This document shows positions 10,467-20,708 of a stretch of 64,000 nucleotides of DNA, piece by piece. Position 1 is the first letter of the stretch. Every line of letters starts with the position of its first letter. The notes under the pieces were generated by a model. That model was not told the origin of the DNA. It saw only the letters and a list, made by a program, of their open reading frames with translations, and did no database searches. The stretch spans positions 352,001-416,000 of the forward strand of contig CBDBMJ010000003.1 of assembly GCA_965207455.1 (NCBI GenBank), given 5' to 3'. Both the position numbers and the translations under genes were made by a program. The DNA is from Bdellovibrionota bacterium. GTDB taxonomy: Bacteria > Bdellovibrionota > UBA1018 > CAIPTA01 > JAALKR01.

Positions 10467-10792
10467 GGCATTTATTTTAAACCTCTACGTGTAACAACAC
10501 CCCTAGCATATCGCAGCTTCCTTACTTTATGCAAGAATCCATGTTCAATAGTTTGCTTGGGGTTTTATGGGATTATGCTCCGCATTAATTAAATAAGAGA
10601 AATAGACGCATTTTTCTCCTGCCTAAGTCCGATTATAAGGCTTCGCTTAATAGAGACGGGGCTCTCGCGCAAGATAGCAGAATTTTTTTGTGACACAAAA
10701 ATTGCATTCCTTGGAGTGTGGGAGATATGATGGCGCAAAATAAGATAAATTCAAACTAGCACTGTAAATGATATTTGGAGTTTAAAATAAAA

Positions 10793-11866
10793 ATGCCTAA
10801 AGAAACATTAGGAATCAAACTTAACCTCAATATACTGAGGCACTGCAGAAAGCAAATGTCCCTGAGTATCGAGGAAGCTCAAAGAAAAGCAGGCATGACA
10901 ACCTTGCTTAAAGTTGAGGCAGGAGAACGTGAGCCAACCTTCAAGCAGATTGAAAAACTATCTGGAATATACTTAGTTCCTTCTTGGGTTTTTATGGAAG
11001 AAGCGCTGCCTAAAAAATATAATTTTTCCAAAACCATCCCTTCATTTAGAAAATTTCAGAACTCACAGGGTGACAAATTTAAATATAAATCCAGATTTCT
11101 GATCACAATGATAGAAAGTTTTAGAGAAACAATCATAGACCTCAAAAAAGAAATGAAGGAGTCGGTCCATAAGTTTTCTCCGCCTATCGAAGGAATAAGC
11201 TCTAACAATATTGAGTCTTGCGCTAATGAAGTTCGTTCATGGCTAGGGGTTAAAAAAGGATCGCTTAATTTTAAAGAGTGGCGAAAAAGGGCAGAAAAAA
11301 AAGGTGTCTTTATTTTTGCCACTAGCGTTTTCCCTGGCTGGTCAAAAATTGAGCCAAGTGTTTTCCGGGGTCTTAGTGTTTATCATGAAACCTTGCCCAA
11401 AATTGAAATATCAAGGTTCAGACGTGAAATTGATGAAAATCGGAATATCAAAACTGTGAAAAAAATCGCTAGAAAATTCAAAGTGAGTGACTACGCAACC
11501 ATTGTAAGACTAAGAGTTCTAAAATTTATTGATCAAAAAACATTCAATAAACTAAAATCCAGCATTGATAAAGAACATGAAATTAGACCGACAAAGTCTC
11601 TGCCTATCCCCATCGAAACAACCGAGGCGGCACTTACAAAAGACCACAGGGAACATTCGAAAATTTACAGGTATAAATCGAAGCTGAGCGCAGATAGTCC
11701 TGCTAAGAAAATGAACAAAAGGTTGCTCAAACAATACGGTGGAACCTATTTAGAAACTATAATACAGGCCTATTTCAACAAAGACATCACTCTACATAAA
11801 GCAAGAAATATGCTTGGACTTAAAAAAACCGACTATATACTGAAATTAATTGAAGATATCGCATGA
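10793..11866 (+). CDS. XRE-HTH / ImmA-IrrE-like antitoxin lacking the HExxH peptidase core
   Basis: N-terminal HTH (EAGEREPTFKQIEKLS); FRGLSVYHETLP and IARKFKVS...VRL flanking motifs; no HExxH; ATGA overlap with the PIN gene. Confidence 0.75.
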   Translation: MPKETLGIKLNLNILRHCRKQMSLSIEEAQRKAGMTTLLKVEAGEREPTFKQIEKLSGIYLVPSWVFMEEALPKKYNFSKTIPSFRKFQNSQGDKFKYKSRFLITMIESFRETIIDLKKEMKESVHKFSPPIEGISSNNIESCANEVRSWLGVKKGSLNFKEWRKRAEKKGVFIFATSVFPGWSKIEPSVFRGLSVYHETLPKIEISRFRREIDENRNIKTVKKIARKFKVSDYATIVRLRVLKFIDQKTFNKLKSSIDKEHEIRPTKSLPIPIETTEAALTKDHREHSKIYRYKSKLSADSPAKKMNKRLLKQYGGTYLETIIQAYFNKDITLHKARNMLGLKKTDYILKLIEDIA

Positions 11867-12382
11867 AATATTGTTTTGACGCCAGTTCCTTCATACATCT
11901 CTGGAATGAGGCCTATCCAAAAGGAACATTTCCTACTCTATATGACAAACTAAAAAAACATTCTGAAAAAATAATTTTAATCAAACCCATTTTTTTAGAA
12001 ATAGAAAAAGAATCAAACCTTATTTTATGGCTTAAACGTATAAGCTTAACTCCTATAGAAATAGCAGAAAAACACACAGTAGCGGCGTTCAATATGAGCA
12101 AGAAATACGGAATAGACGACAACACTAATGGAGCTAACGAAAATGATGTGAGATTAATTGCTTTTGCAAAAATGGAAAATTATACTTTAGTTACTGAAGA
12201 AAAATATCAAACCCCCCCCACCTGAAAATTTATGGAGCTATAGAATTCCCTTGATTTGCAAAGAGGAAAAAGTTACCTGTATGAAGTTTGTAGAGTTTCT
12301 ACAAGACAGTGAAATAACGGTCCAGCCCCTCGCCCAAGCATCACCTAGAAAATTCCTGACGATTAAACGTCATATTTATTGA
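11863..12382 (+). pseudogene. PIN-domain (DUF4411-like) toxin frameshifted at a C8 tract
   Basis: YCFDASSFI, NDVRLIAFA, LVTEE; with C7 at 12212-12219 the frame continues into YRIPLICKEEKVTCMKFVEFL and stops at 12382. Confidence 0.8.
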
Positions 12383-12764
12383 GGTATTCCTCTATGTCTT
12401 TATACCAAGGAGTTACCCCTGTTCTATTGGAGGGGAACCTTTCACATGCAGCCGCAAATACGTCTTTGGTTTTGGAGCCAATGAAGCACACAGGTATCCC
12501 GCCTTGTTTTTTTATTTTCTGATTGATGGGTTCTATTTTATCAAAAACTGCTCGCAGAGCAAGTGAGTCCCAATACTCTAAATCTCTAACATCAATAATA
12601 ACTACATCTGATTCCAGCAACGCCAAAAGGGATTTGATGGCATCTTTTAATTCTCCAAATGTGGCATCGTCTACACCATAGCCCACTTCACCAGATAATT
12701 GTAAAATCGTACCGACTGAAACATTTTTTTTATCCTTCAATACTTCTTTTTTTATAGTAAGCAT
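12363..12764 (-). CDS. STAS-domain anti-anti-sigma-like protein
   Basis: ILQLSGEV...VIIDVRDLEYWDSLAL with the conserved D-S phosphosite; GGAGGAG RBS. Confidence 0.75.
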   Translation of the reverse strand: MLTIKKEVLKDKKNVSVGTILQLSGEVGYGVDDATFGELKDAIKSLLALLESDVVIIDVRDLEYWDSLALRAVFDKIEPINQKIKKQGGIPVCFIGSKTKDVFAAACERFPSNRTGVTPWYKDIEEYLNKYDV

Positions 12765-12791
12765 TCTCCTCCTCCTACACTTCCGTATTTT

Positions 12792-13229
12792 CTAATCAAT
12801 ATCTGTGCCAGCATCAATCTTTAAATTAACTTGAATTGTTACTACACCATCATCTGCAACAGAATGTTTTCTTTTGTAATCAAGGAATTCTTTGACTGAA
12901 TCGCCACAAACATTATCTACTTCACTTGGATCAAAATACTTTCCACCATCATACTCCATATCTATTTTGCAACGAGTTTTTGAGGAGTTCGATTTTGAGG
13001 CAACGCTAATCTTTGTCCATGTTTGGTTATGATCAACGATATTTGCCACTTCCTCTACTATCTTCCGACACATTTTTATTACTAAATTTTGGTTTTTAAA
13101 AATCTCCCTCGTTCCCCTTAGCATTTCCTTTAATTCTGTAAATTTTTGAGAACTGTGTCGTTTCCCAAACATTTTTGGGTCTTTTTTAAAGTCTGATTTA
13201 ATCGCTGCCCAACGCTTGCCTCCACTCAT
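12792..13229 (-). CDS. RsbW/SpoIIAB-like HATPase (anti-sigma/Ser kinase-like), divergent
   Basis: N-box EEVANIVDH and G1-like YDGGKYFDP; no GxGL box; lies between the phosphatase and STAS genes. Confidence 0.6.
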   Translation of the reverse strand: MSGGKRWAAIKSDFKKDPKMFGKRHSSQKFTELKEMLRGTREIFKNQNLVIKMCRKIVEEVANIVDHNQTWTKISVASKSNSSKTRCKIDMEYDGGKYFDPSEVDNVCGDSVKEFLDYKRKHSVADDGVVTIQVNLKIDAGTDID

Positions 13230-14140
13230 CCTTTATTCCTTATCATTAGACAAGAAACGTCATCATTTAGTTCCCTGCACAACAGTTTATCTTCAAAGTT
13301 TTTTAGCAACTTTAATAGTAAACCATAAATATTTTCTTTTTTAAATTTGGCAAGAGAAGGAATTTGCACATCCAACTTTTCATCAGAGAATTTATTAAAG
13401 TTTTGCAGAAACCCATCTGAGAATGTAATCAGAGTGTCTTTTTTTTCTAGCGTTAAAATATCAACCTCAAATCTTTCTTCCTTTTTCTTATTTCCAACAG
13501 GGGGCCACGAAGAGCCGTTAAACACCTCCAGCTTATTTCCCTTACTCCTCAAAACATACGGTCTTGGCATTCCTGCGCAAATTAACTCAAGCCTATCACT
13601 TTTTTCATACGCAGTTATAAAAAAAGAACTAGGACTGTCTTGCCACATTTTTTTATTTTGCCCTATGACCTTATTGAGGAACGTATATATTGAATCTGGT
13701 CGAGCATGATCTTTCAGCATATTAAGAATAAGTCCGGAGAGTAAAAATAAATAATCCGTATCACGAGATGCTGGTGCTCCCATTCCCGCCGCATCACAGT
13801 GTAGTAGGTGCGCCTTTCCCCACGAATTCTTAGCATAGTAGAATATTTTATCGCCAGACAATTTTCGAGGGTAGGAAAAATAAGCAATTTCCCAATGCTT
13901 ATACACCTTATGAAAGCAAGATTTTTCAAAATCATACCGTGGCACATCCGCTTTTTCATCTTCAAAAAGCTTGAGAATCTTATATCTTAGGGCTTCTGAT
14001 GCTCTCCCTCCACTTTCCAGCCTAGAAATATGCACCTGCGTAGTCTCAAGCCTTTTTGCTATTTCCTTTTGACTAAGCCTGAGCCTTTTTCGAATATCTT
14101 TGAGAGCCTCGGCGATGGTAGGGGCTTTTTTTGTGTCCAC
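13226..14140 (-). CDS. XRE HTH fused to a SpoIIE/RsbU-type PP2C phosphatase
   Basis: LKDIRKRLRLSQKEIAKRLETTQVHISRLESG; then LSGD, CDAAGMGAPA, AGMPRP, TFSDG, NDDVS. Confidence 0.85.
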   Translation of the reverse strand: MDTKKAPTIAEALKDIRKRLRLSQKEIAKRLETTQVHISRLESGGRASEALRYKILKLFEDEKADVPRYDFEKSCFHKVYKHWEIAYFSYPRKLSGDKIFYYAKNSWGKAHLLHCDAAGMGAPASRDTDYLFLLSGLILNMLKDHARPDSIYTFLNKVIGQNKKMWQDSPSSFFITAYEKSDRLELICAGMPRPYVLRSKGNKLEVFNGSSWPPVGNKKKEERFEVDILTLEKKDTLITFSDGFLQNFNKFSDEKLDVQIPSLAKFKKENIYGLLLKLLKNFEDKLLCRELNDDVSCLMIRNKG

Positions 14141-14505
14141 TTAAACAAATCCTCTATTTATAATTATACATAAAATTCTCATAATATAGTATAAATGAAA
14201 AAATTATATATATAAAAATAGTAATGATATAACTACTTGTTTTTAAACATCTTTTTCTGTATATAGTTTTTGTCATGTATGTATTTTTTAATTTTTTTAT
14301 AAAATTTCTTTAAAAAACCATACTTTTTTAGAAAAAACACGCTATTTTTTGCATTTTATTCATTAAATTTAAGTAATTTGCTATAAATACAAAATAATAT
14401 ACATAAAAAAATCCACTTTAATTTCAATAGTTTATGCTGTTTAAGTATACTCTACTGTCTGAAAAATCTCTATGTATATACATTAAAATACTCAGTGGTT
14501 TTCCA

Positions 14506-15591
14506 TCATGATAATTTGAGTTCATCCGTCACTTTGAGGTTTTCCACAAACCGCGTGTCGTGGCACACAATTACCATTGCTCCTTCAAACTTCTTGATCG
14601 CTGCCTCCAAGAATTCAATGTTACCAATATCCAAGTTATTTGTTGGTTCATCAAGAATCAGGAGTTGCGGTGGTGGATCTTGGAGCAATATCTTCGCTAA
14701 AGCCGCTCGCATCTTTTCACCACCACTAAGGGTGGCCACAATCTGATTAACTCCGTCGCCTCGAAAAAGAAACTGGGCAAGAAAATTTCGTATTTCACCT
14801 ATAGGAGTCTGAGTTACCCCTTGAATATTTTCAAGTATGGAGCGGTCTGATTCTAAAATACTGAAGGACTGATCGAGCAAACCAAAAGAAACATCTCCTA
14901 AACGGAGATCTCCTCTACTCTCACCCTGTAGTTTTTTGAAACCAGTAATTAGATTGAGCAAAGTGGATTTTCCTGATCCGTTTTCTCCAATCAAGCGCAA
15001 CCTAGATCGACCTTTTAGCCCATAAGATACATCATCCTTCCAAAGATATTCGGCCCCACTATACTTAAAATTGAATTCTTTTGCCTCAAACACAAGTCGA
15101 TTCGATGGCAAAAACGTCTTTGGAAATTCTGCATAGATGATATTATTCACCTTCAAGCTGCCGGAGGCCCTCTGAGCATCAGCAACCCTGCTATTGATTG
15201 CTTTCTCAGTTTCCACGTTCAACCTTCCTTGCGTTCTCTGCGCTTTCCTCTTCATGTCGCCTTGAATAGCCTTATCGACTCCAGTTCTAAGAGCGGCTTT
15301 TTTACCATCTCTTGTCCGCTTCTCTTGACGTTCCAGTTTAATAATACGATCTTGTTTTGATTTCTTTGCTGCTCTTTTTGTCTGGTCCAAACCTTCAAAT
15401 AACCTATCCCGTTCCGCTCCACTTTCAGCTTTATAGAATTCCCAGTTACCACCAAATACAGTTAAACCGACATTCGATAATTCAAATATAACATCCACAT
15501 GCTCCAATAATTCACGATCATGGGAAATAACTAAGACACTTCTACGGGTTTGCTTTAGAAAATCATAGACTGAATCAATTATTATCGACAT
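14506..15591 (-). pseudogene. ABC-F ATPase with most of the first nucleotide-binding domain missing
   Basis: GAGG RBS + MSIII run almost directly into VLVISHDR...FGGNW (end of NBD1); NBD2 intact (GENGSGKS, LSGGE, LDEPTNNLD). Confidence 0.75.
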
Positions 15592-15808
15592 ATTAACCTC
15601 ACCGTTGAACAAAGACGCAATTCAAGGATAAATTTTATGGGAATTAAAACTGGATTTAGTTAGATATGATCATAATAGTCCGATTCAGAGCCGGACCTCT
15701 TTATTGTCGCTTATTCGAGCGCTTATTGCAACGGTCCAAAAAAGGGGGAATCCGCTCTTGACTAATTGAGTCATAAATGGTAAAACAATATATTCAAGAG
15801 GTATCATT

Positions 15809-17176
15809 ATGAAAAAGTCAATAATAACAGTCATGTGTATCGCTATAACTCTTGCCTCCACTCGAGCCTCCTGTAACACTCCCAACATACCCGGGGAGAA
15901 ACCCTTCAGAACAGCTATCGTCTTTTCTGGGCTAGTCCTAAACACTGCCTTCTTTTTAGGCATGTTTGACGGAATAGAAACCTCTGCCTCCGGACTGAAA
16001 GATATAGACCTTATTATTGGCAGTTGTGGTGGAGCCATTGCCGCTGCCCTTATCAATACTATTCCTGACTCCACAAAACGCTTAGAGTATATAAAAAGTG
16101 AAACGTTCCATAAGACATTACTCATAAACCAAGAACGAAATAAGAATACTGGTGAAAGTAAAGTGAATAATGCTGGTATACTAAAACTTGCCAGTATAAT
16201 TGTTAAGCTGGGATGGGAAGCGTCGGATATAAGGAGCGTGCAAAATAAAATACTTCAAGAGTATAAACAAAGAAAAATCGAGAATACAACAGCAAGCACC
16301 ACTATAAAGGAATTTTTAAGCAAAAATTCTTCCTCTGGTTCTTCTTCTGGCGAATATACCTATCCCTTTAGTAATAGTCTAGATGCAGATTTCTCGCTTT
16401 TAAGATTAGATGATGATGAGTTCGAAAAGTCTAAATACCTAAGAAAGAATTTTAATAAAAATAACATACCTATTATATTAATAGGATCACGCGCTGGTTA
16501 TAGTAGTATGCAAGATCTCCATAAGACGGGTGGATCCTATCCTGAGCATCTGGGATCCTCTCTCCTCGTCGGTATGAAACGCTTCACAGAAATATTACTT
16601 ACAGATAAACATACAGCAAGTAAAATACCGAAAAATTTTAAATCATTCATTGGCTCTACTCAACCAATGAGCGCTATTCGTGAAAATGTGGCGATTATAT
16701 CTGACCTCACTTTAGCACAAGCTGTACGTATATCAGTTTCCGATCCCATACTAATCGGACCTGTGGAAATTGAAAATAACCATTATCTAACTGGCGCCGT
16801 TAATCTATATCCAATTAATATTGCAGAGTCTCTAGCAGATAAAGTAGTAACGCTCTATCCATATTCCTTTCCTTTTTATGCGAATTGGACTATGTTATCC
16901 GCATTCAAATTTGATACAAATAAAATTCGTTACGACATAATAGAGAAGAATTCTAACGTAAATTACTGGGTAGACATGAGTGACCTAACTGATACAGCAC
17001 CACGCATGACCCCTGGGGTAGAATACATTTCTTTTCAATGGAACGTTCCCGAAAATTACGACGATTATAAAATAATTGTAGAGAAACAATATGCCTATGG
17101 TTTTAATCGTTCCGTGGAATCTCTAAACTATAAAGATAGCAAAAGCCATATTAGAAACCGCCTAGAAGAACCATAA
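15809..17176 (+). CDS. Secreted patatin-like protein with atypical catalytic motifs
   Basis: Signal peptide; AIVFSGLV, DLIIGSCGGAIAA, AVRISVS, YLTGAV align with the patatin blocks. Confidence 0.65.
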   Translation: MKKSIITVMCIAITLASTRASCNTPNIPGEKPFRTAIVFSGLVLNTAFFLGMFDGIETSASGLKDIDLIIGSCGGAIAAALINTIPDSTKRLEYIKSETFHKTLLINQERNKNTGESKVNNAGILKLASIIVKLGWEASDIRSVQNKILQEYKQRKIENTTASTTIKEFLSKNSSSGSSSGEYTYPFSNSLDADFSLLRLDDDEFEKSKYLRKNFNKNNIPIILIGSRAGYSSMQDLHKTGGSYPEHLGSSLLVGMKRFTEILLTDKHTASKIPKNFKSFIGSTQPMSAIRENVAIISDLTLAQAVRISVSDPILIGPVEIENNHYLTGAVNLYPINIAESLADKVVTLYPYSFPFYANWTMLSAFKFDTNKIRYDIIEKNSNVNYWVDMSDLTDTAPRMTPGVEYISFQWNVPENYDDYKIIVEKQYAYGFNRSVESLNYKDSKSHIRNRLEEP

Positions 17177-17272
17177 TTATTACAAATTGAACCAAACACA
17201 TGCATTTTTGTGCCCAAGAATTTATTCCTGCGTGATTTAAGCGTGATTCAGATGGTTAATATAAGGTAACTA

Positions 17273-18504
17273 GGGGTCTCCTAACTTGATGGTGTGCGCA
17301 CCGCTTCCTGACCATTTTACTTAGATGAGACATAGGTACCAACTTTCAGTAAGATTAAATTGTAAAAGCTTAATTTTATTAAAAGAAAGGACACCTATGT
17401 CTCCAGAAAATCATCTCGTAAATCGCTTCATTTTGCCAGACTTGAAGTTCAAAAAATTCATAAAACAATCTAACAAGACGTTTCTCTTCTTCTGCGTTAA
17501 GAAGAGCCAATGGGAAGTATCGTAATGAACTCCTTTATGACTTCAGGCAATCGTCTTGCGCAACAACTGTTGCTAAAAAGCTAAGATGCTCCACCTCTTT
17601 TGTGACTTACACTGTGAATGAAAGGCTTGAGCTTGAACTTAGAAAGTCAAGGAACGCTCCTTGGTCTAAAACAGTCTTAATTGATGAGCATGCTTTTGGT
17701 CGCAATAAGAAATTCAGGATAAAAGATTTTGTTACTTGCTTTGTCGATAATCCTCGTCGATGCCTAAGAGAAATGGCATCTGGTCGTAATCATACTGATC
17801 TTTATGAAGCTATTAAACACATCCCTGGGAAAGAAAATGTATCTCATGTTGTTATTGATATGAGTGCAAACTATAAAAATTTTGCAGAAAGTTATTTCAC
17901 AAATGCTCGTATTGTTGTTGATAAGTTTCATGTTTTAAGACTTCTCTTAAGGAACGGGAGAGATTTAAAAACCTATCAAAAAAGGGCGATTGGAAGATTT
18001 TGTAGAGAAAACCCTACCCTTGGTGAGGTCTATAATTTCAAAGAGCGAATAAATAACTTTTATAGAATAAAAGGCTTCAATCAAGCATCAAGAATTTTAA
18101 CAAAGATCACTGATGATATGGCCTTATCCAAAATAAAAGAGATTAGAACGATGCGTAGAACAGGTCTCACCAATGCTCGTATTAAAGGATTCAATCGAAA
18201 GTGTAAGCTCCTTCAGCGGCAGGCATACGGTTTTCAAAACTTTGAGAACTATAGGCTGCGAGCACTCTACAAATGTAGTTAGGGCCAGAACTAGATGCCT
18301 TTGAAGGGCCTAAGGTTCGTTTTGGAGTATAGGAAGCACTGATTTTAAAAAATCAGCTGGATAGCTTTATCTTAAATCCTATAAATATGTTGAAAATGAC
18401 TATAAATCATGCGATATCCATGAACAGAAACTGAAAGTTGTTACTCGTGTGAGCCTCTAGGACTGTGTTTTGGAATGACTTCCACCATTAACTTTAGAGA
18501 CCCC
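17273..18504 (+). mobile_element. ISL3-family insertion sequence remnant
   Basis: Terminal inverted repeats GGGGTCTCCTAACTTGATGGTG / GGGGTCTCTAAAGTTAATGGTG (18/22 match); transposase fragments inside. Confidence 0.88.
17397..18282 (+). pseudogene. Degraded ISL3 transposase
   Basis: IDEHAF, VIDMS, VVDKFHV, TNARIKGFN...AYGFQNFENYRLR; broken frame, missing zinc finger, catalytic Glu read as Lys. Confidence 0.85.
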
Positions 18505-18973
18505 TTTATTCCACATTGTGTGTGGCGGAGAGGGAGGGCTCGACCCACTACAGGAAACCCCCTCCAGGGATTTCCCTGCGTAGGCTCCCCTACGCAATTT
18601 AAAAAATCATCAAGGATTTTTTTCCCCTCACTAGTTCCTCGCTAGCTCGGAACCAGCGCGGGTCATTGCTCCGCGTTCGAATCCCTCTGCTTATTTTGTA
18701 TGTGTGGGTGCTAGGGTTTGAAAGGTTCAACTACTCCACATTGTCATATTGGCGGAGAGGGAGGGCTCGACCCACTACAGGAAACCCCCTCCAGGGATTT
18801 CCCTGCGTAGGCTCCCCTACGCAATTTAAAAAATCATCAAGGATTTTTTTCCCCTCACTAGTTCCTCGCTAGCTCGGAACCAGCGCGGGTCATTGCTCCG
18901 CGTTCGAATCCCTCTGCTTATTTTCCTATGTGTGGGTGCTAGGGTTTGAAAGGTTTTTATTCCACATTGTGTG
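18505..18973 (-). repeat. Tandem ~225-bp tRNA-linked repeats (2 full units + 18-bp stub), each full unit ending in the tRNA-Ser 3' end
   Basis: TGGCGGAGAGGGAGGG at 18523, 18750 and 18974 (periods 227 and 224); unit bodies near-identical. Confidence 0.95.
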
Positions 18974-19063
<90 letters not shown>

Positions 19064-19089
19064 CATTTTTTCCTGCCGTCATACTCAAG

Positions 19090-19166
19090 TGGCACGCGAG
19101 AGAGGAGTCGAACCTCCGACCTACAGATTCGTAGTCTGTTGCTCTATCCAGCTGAGCTACTCGCGC
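19090..19166 (-). tRNA. tRNA-Arg(ACG)
   Basis: ACAGA-CTACGAA-TCTGT arm, T-loop, 3' CCA. Confidence 0.97.
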
Positions 19167-19340
19167 ATGCGGCTCTCTTTTTATCAATAGCCCATAGTGC
19201 AGTCTTTTTGCAAGATTCGCGTTGTATTGCCCTAGCTTTTCTTCCCACTTCCCTTAACCGCCAAATTTAGTTATAGTACCCCCTTAGAGTAGTGGTTTGG
19301 AGGGCATGCCATCTACGCAGGTGGCAACGCAGGGTTTTTC

Positions 19341-20708
19341 ATGAAAGTCAATCCGAATATTTTTCGTGCATACGACATCCGCGGCATCGTGGAAAAGGAC
19401 ATAACACAGGAATTTGCCTACCGGCTTGGGCGAGCATATGCGAAATGGGCCACCCTTAAAAAAGCAGAAATCACCGTTGGTCATGACACCCGCTCAACTG
19501 GAGAAAAATACTACCACGCCTTAATCGCAGGCTTACGCGATGGAGGAATCCAAACCCATGCCCTAGGAATGGTAACCACCCCCATGGTTTATTTCTCCAT
19601 GTTTCACTTAAATCTTGAAGGCTCCATCGTAGTTACAGGATCCCACAACCCAGCCAACTACAATGGCTTTAAAATTTCCATTGGACAAACAACCATATTA
19701 GGGGACGACATCCAAGCACTAAAAAAAATAATCGAAAGCGACAATACCCCCTACACACCCACACCCACTAAAGACATAAAAAAGCTGGATATTTTTCCAG
19801 CATACTCCACATACATTACAGAAAATATTACTCTCTCCCGTCCCCTACACATTGTTGTGGATGCTGGAAACGGAGCCACAGGCCCATTCACTTCAGCCAT
19901 TTATGAAAAACTCGGCTGCAAAGTAACTTCAATGTACTGTGAGCCAGACGGGAACTTTCCCAACCATCCAGCAGACCCCTCAGTCGAGGAAAATTTAAAA
20001 GACTTGAGGAAAAAAGTAAAAGAGACTGGCGCCGATGCCGGTTTTGCCTTTGACGGAGACGGGGATCGCATTGGCGTTGTGGACAATAACAGCAACATTC
20101 TCTGGGGCGACCAACTAATGATTGTTTTTTCCCGCAGCATCTTATCAAAAAACCCAGGTGCTATAATTATATCAGAGGTTAAGTGCTCAAAAAATCTTTA
20201 TGCAGAAATAGAAAAACTTGGCGGCAAGCCCATAATGTGGAAGACGGGTCACTCCATAATTAAAAAGAAAATTAGAGAAACTGGTGCCCTTCTAGCTGGA
20301 GAAATGAGCGGTCATATTTTCTTTGCTGATCGTTTCTTTGGCTTCGACGACGGAACATACGCTGGAGCTCGGTTTCTGGAGATACTTTCCAACACTAAAG
20401 AGGACTCATCTAAACTGCTGTCCAATGTACCAAAAACATACTGCACTCCAGAGATAAAAATTGATGTTGACGATCTCAAGAAAAAAGCTATCGTAGATAA
20501 ACTAATAACTCGACTACAGAACAAGCATGAAGTCATAATCATAGACGGCGTTCGAGTTACATTTGACGACGGTTGGGGGCTTGTTCGACCATCCAACACC
20601 GAACCAAAAATAGTTATGCGCTTTGAAGCGGACACTCCACAAAGACTGACAGAAATTAAATCCTATATAGAATCTGAATTAAATACCGTTATGGCTAAAC
20701 ATTTATGA
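19341..20708 (+). CDS. Phosphomannomutase/phosphoglucomutase
   Basis: IFRAYDIRG, TGSHNP, FDGDGDR, GEMSGH, RPSNTEP. Confidence 0.96.
   Translation: MKVNPNIFRAYDIRGIVEKDITQEFAYRLGRAYAKWATLKKAEITVGHDTRSTGEKYYHALIAGLRDGGIQTHALGMVTTPMVYFSMFHLNLEGSIVVTGSHNPANYNGFKISIGQTTILGDDIQALKKIIESDNTPYTPTPTKDIKKLDIFPAYSTYITENITLSRPLHIVVDAGNGATGPFTSAIYEKLGCKVTSMYCEPDGNFPNHPADPSVEENLKDLRKKVKETGADAGFAFDGDGDRIGVVDNNSNILWGDQLMIVFSRSILSKNPGAIIISEVKCSKNLYAEIEKLGGKPIMWKTGHSIIKKKIRETGALLAGEMSGHIFFADRFFGFDDGTYAGARFLEILSNTKEDSSKLLSNVPKTYCTPEIKIDVDDLKKKAIVDKLITRLQNKHEVIIIDGVRVTFDDGWGLVRPSNTEPKIVMRFEADTPQRLTEIKSYIESELNTVMAKHL

Noticed and set aside
10470..10790. att site closing a tRNA-Ser island
   Set aside because: No copy of the tRNA 3' end and no integrase seen
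18505..18973. Extra tRNA-Ser genes or a CRISPR array
   Set aside because: Only the last 16 nt of the tRNA recur, and the intervening sequences are near-identical rather than unique spacers
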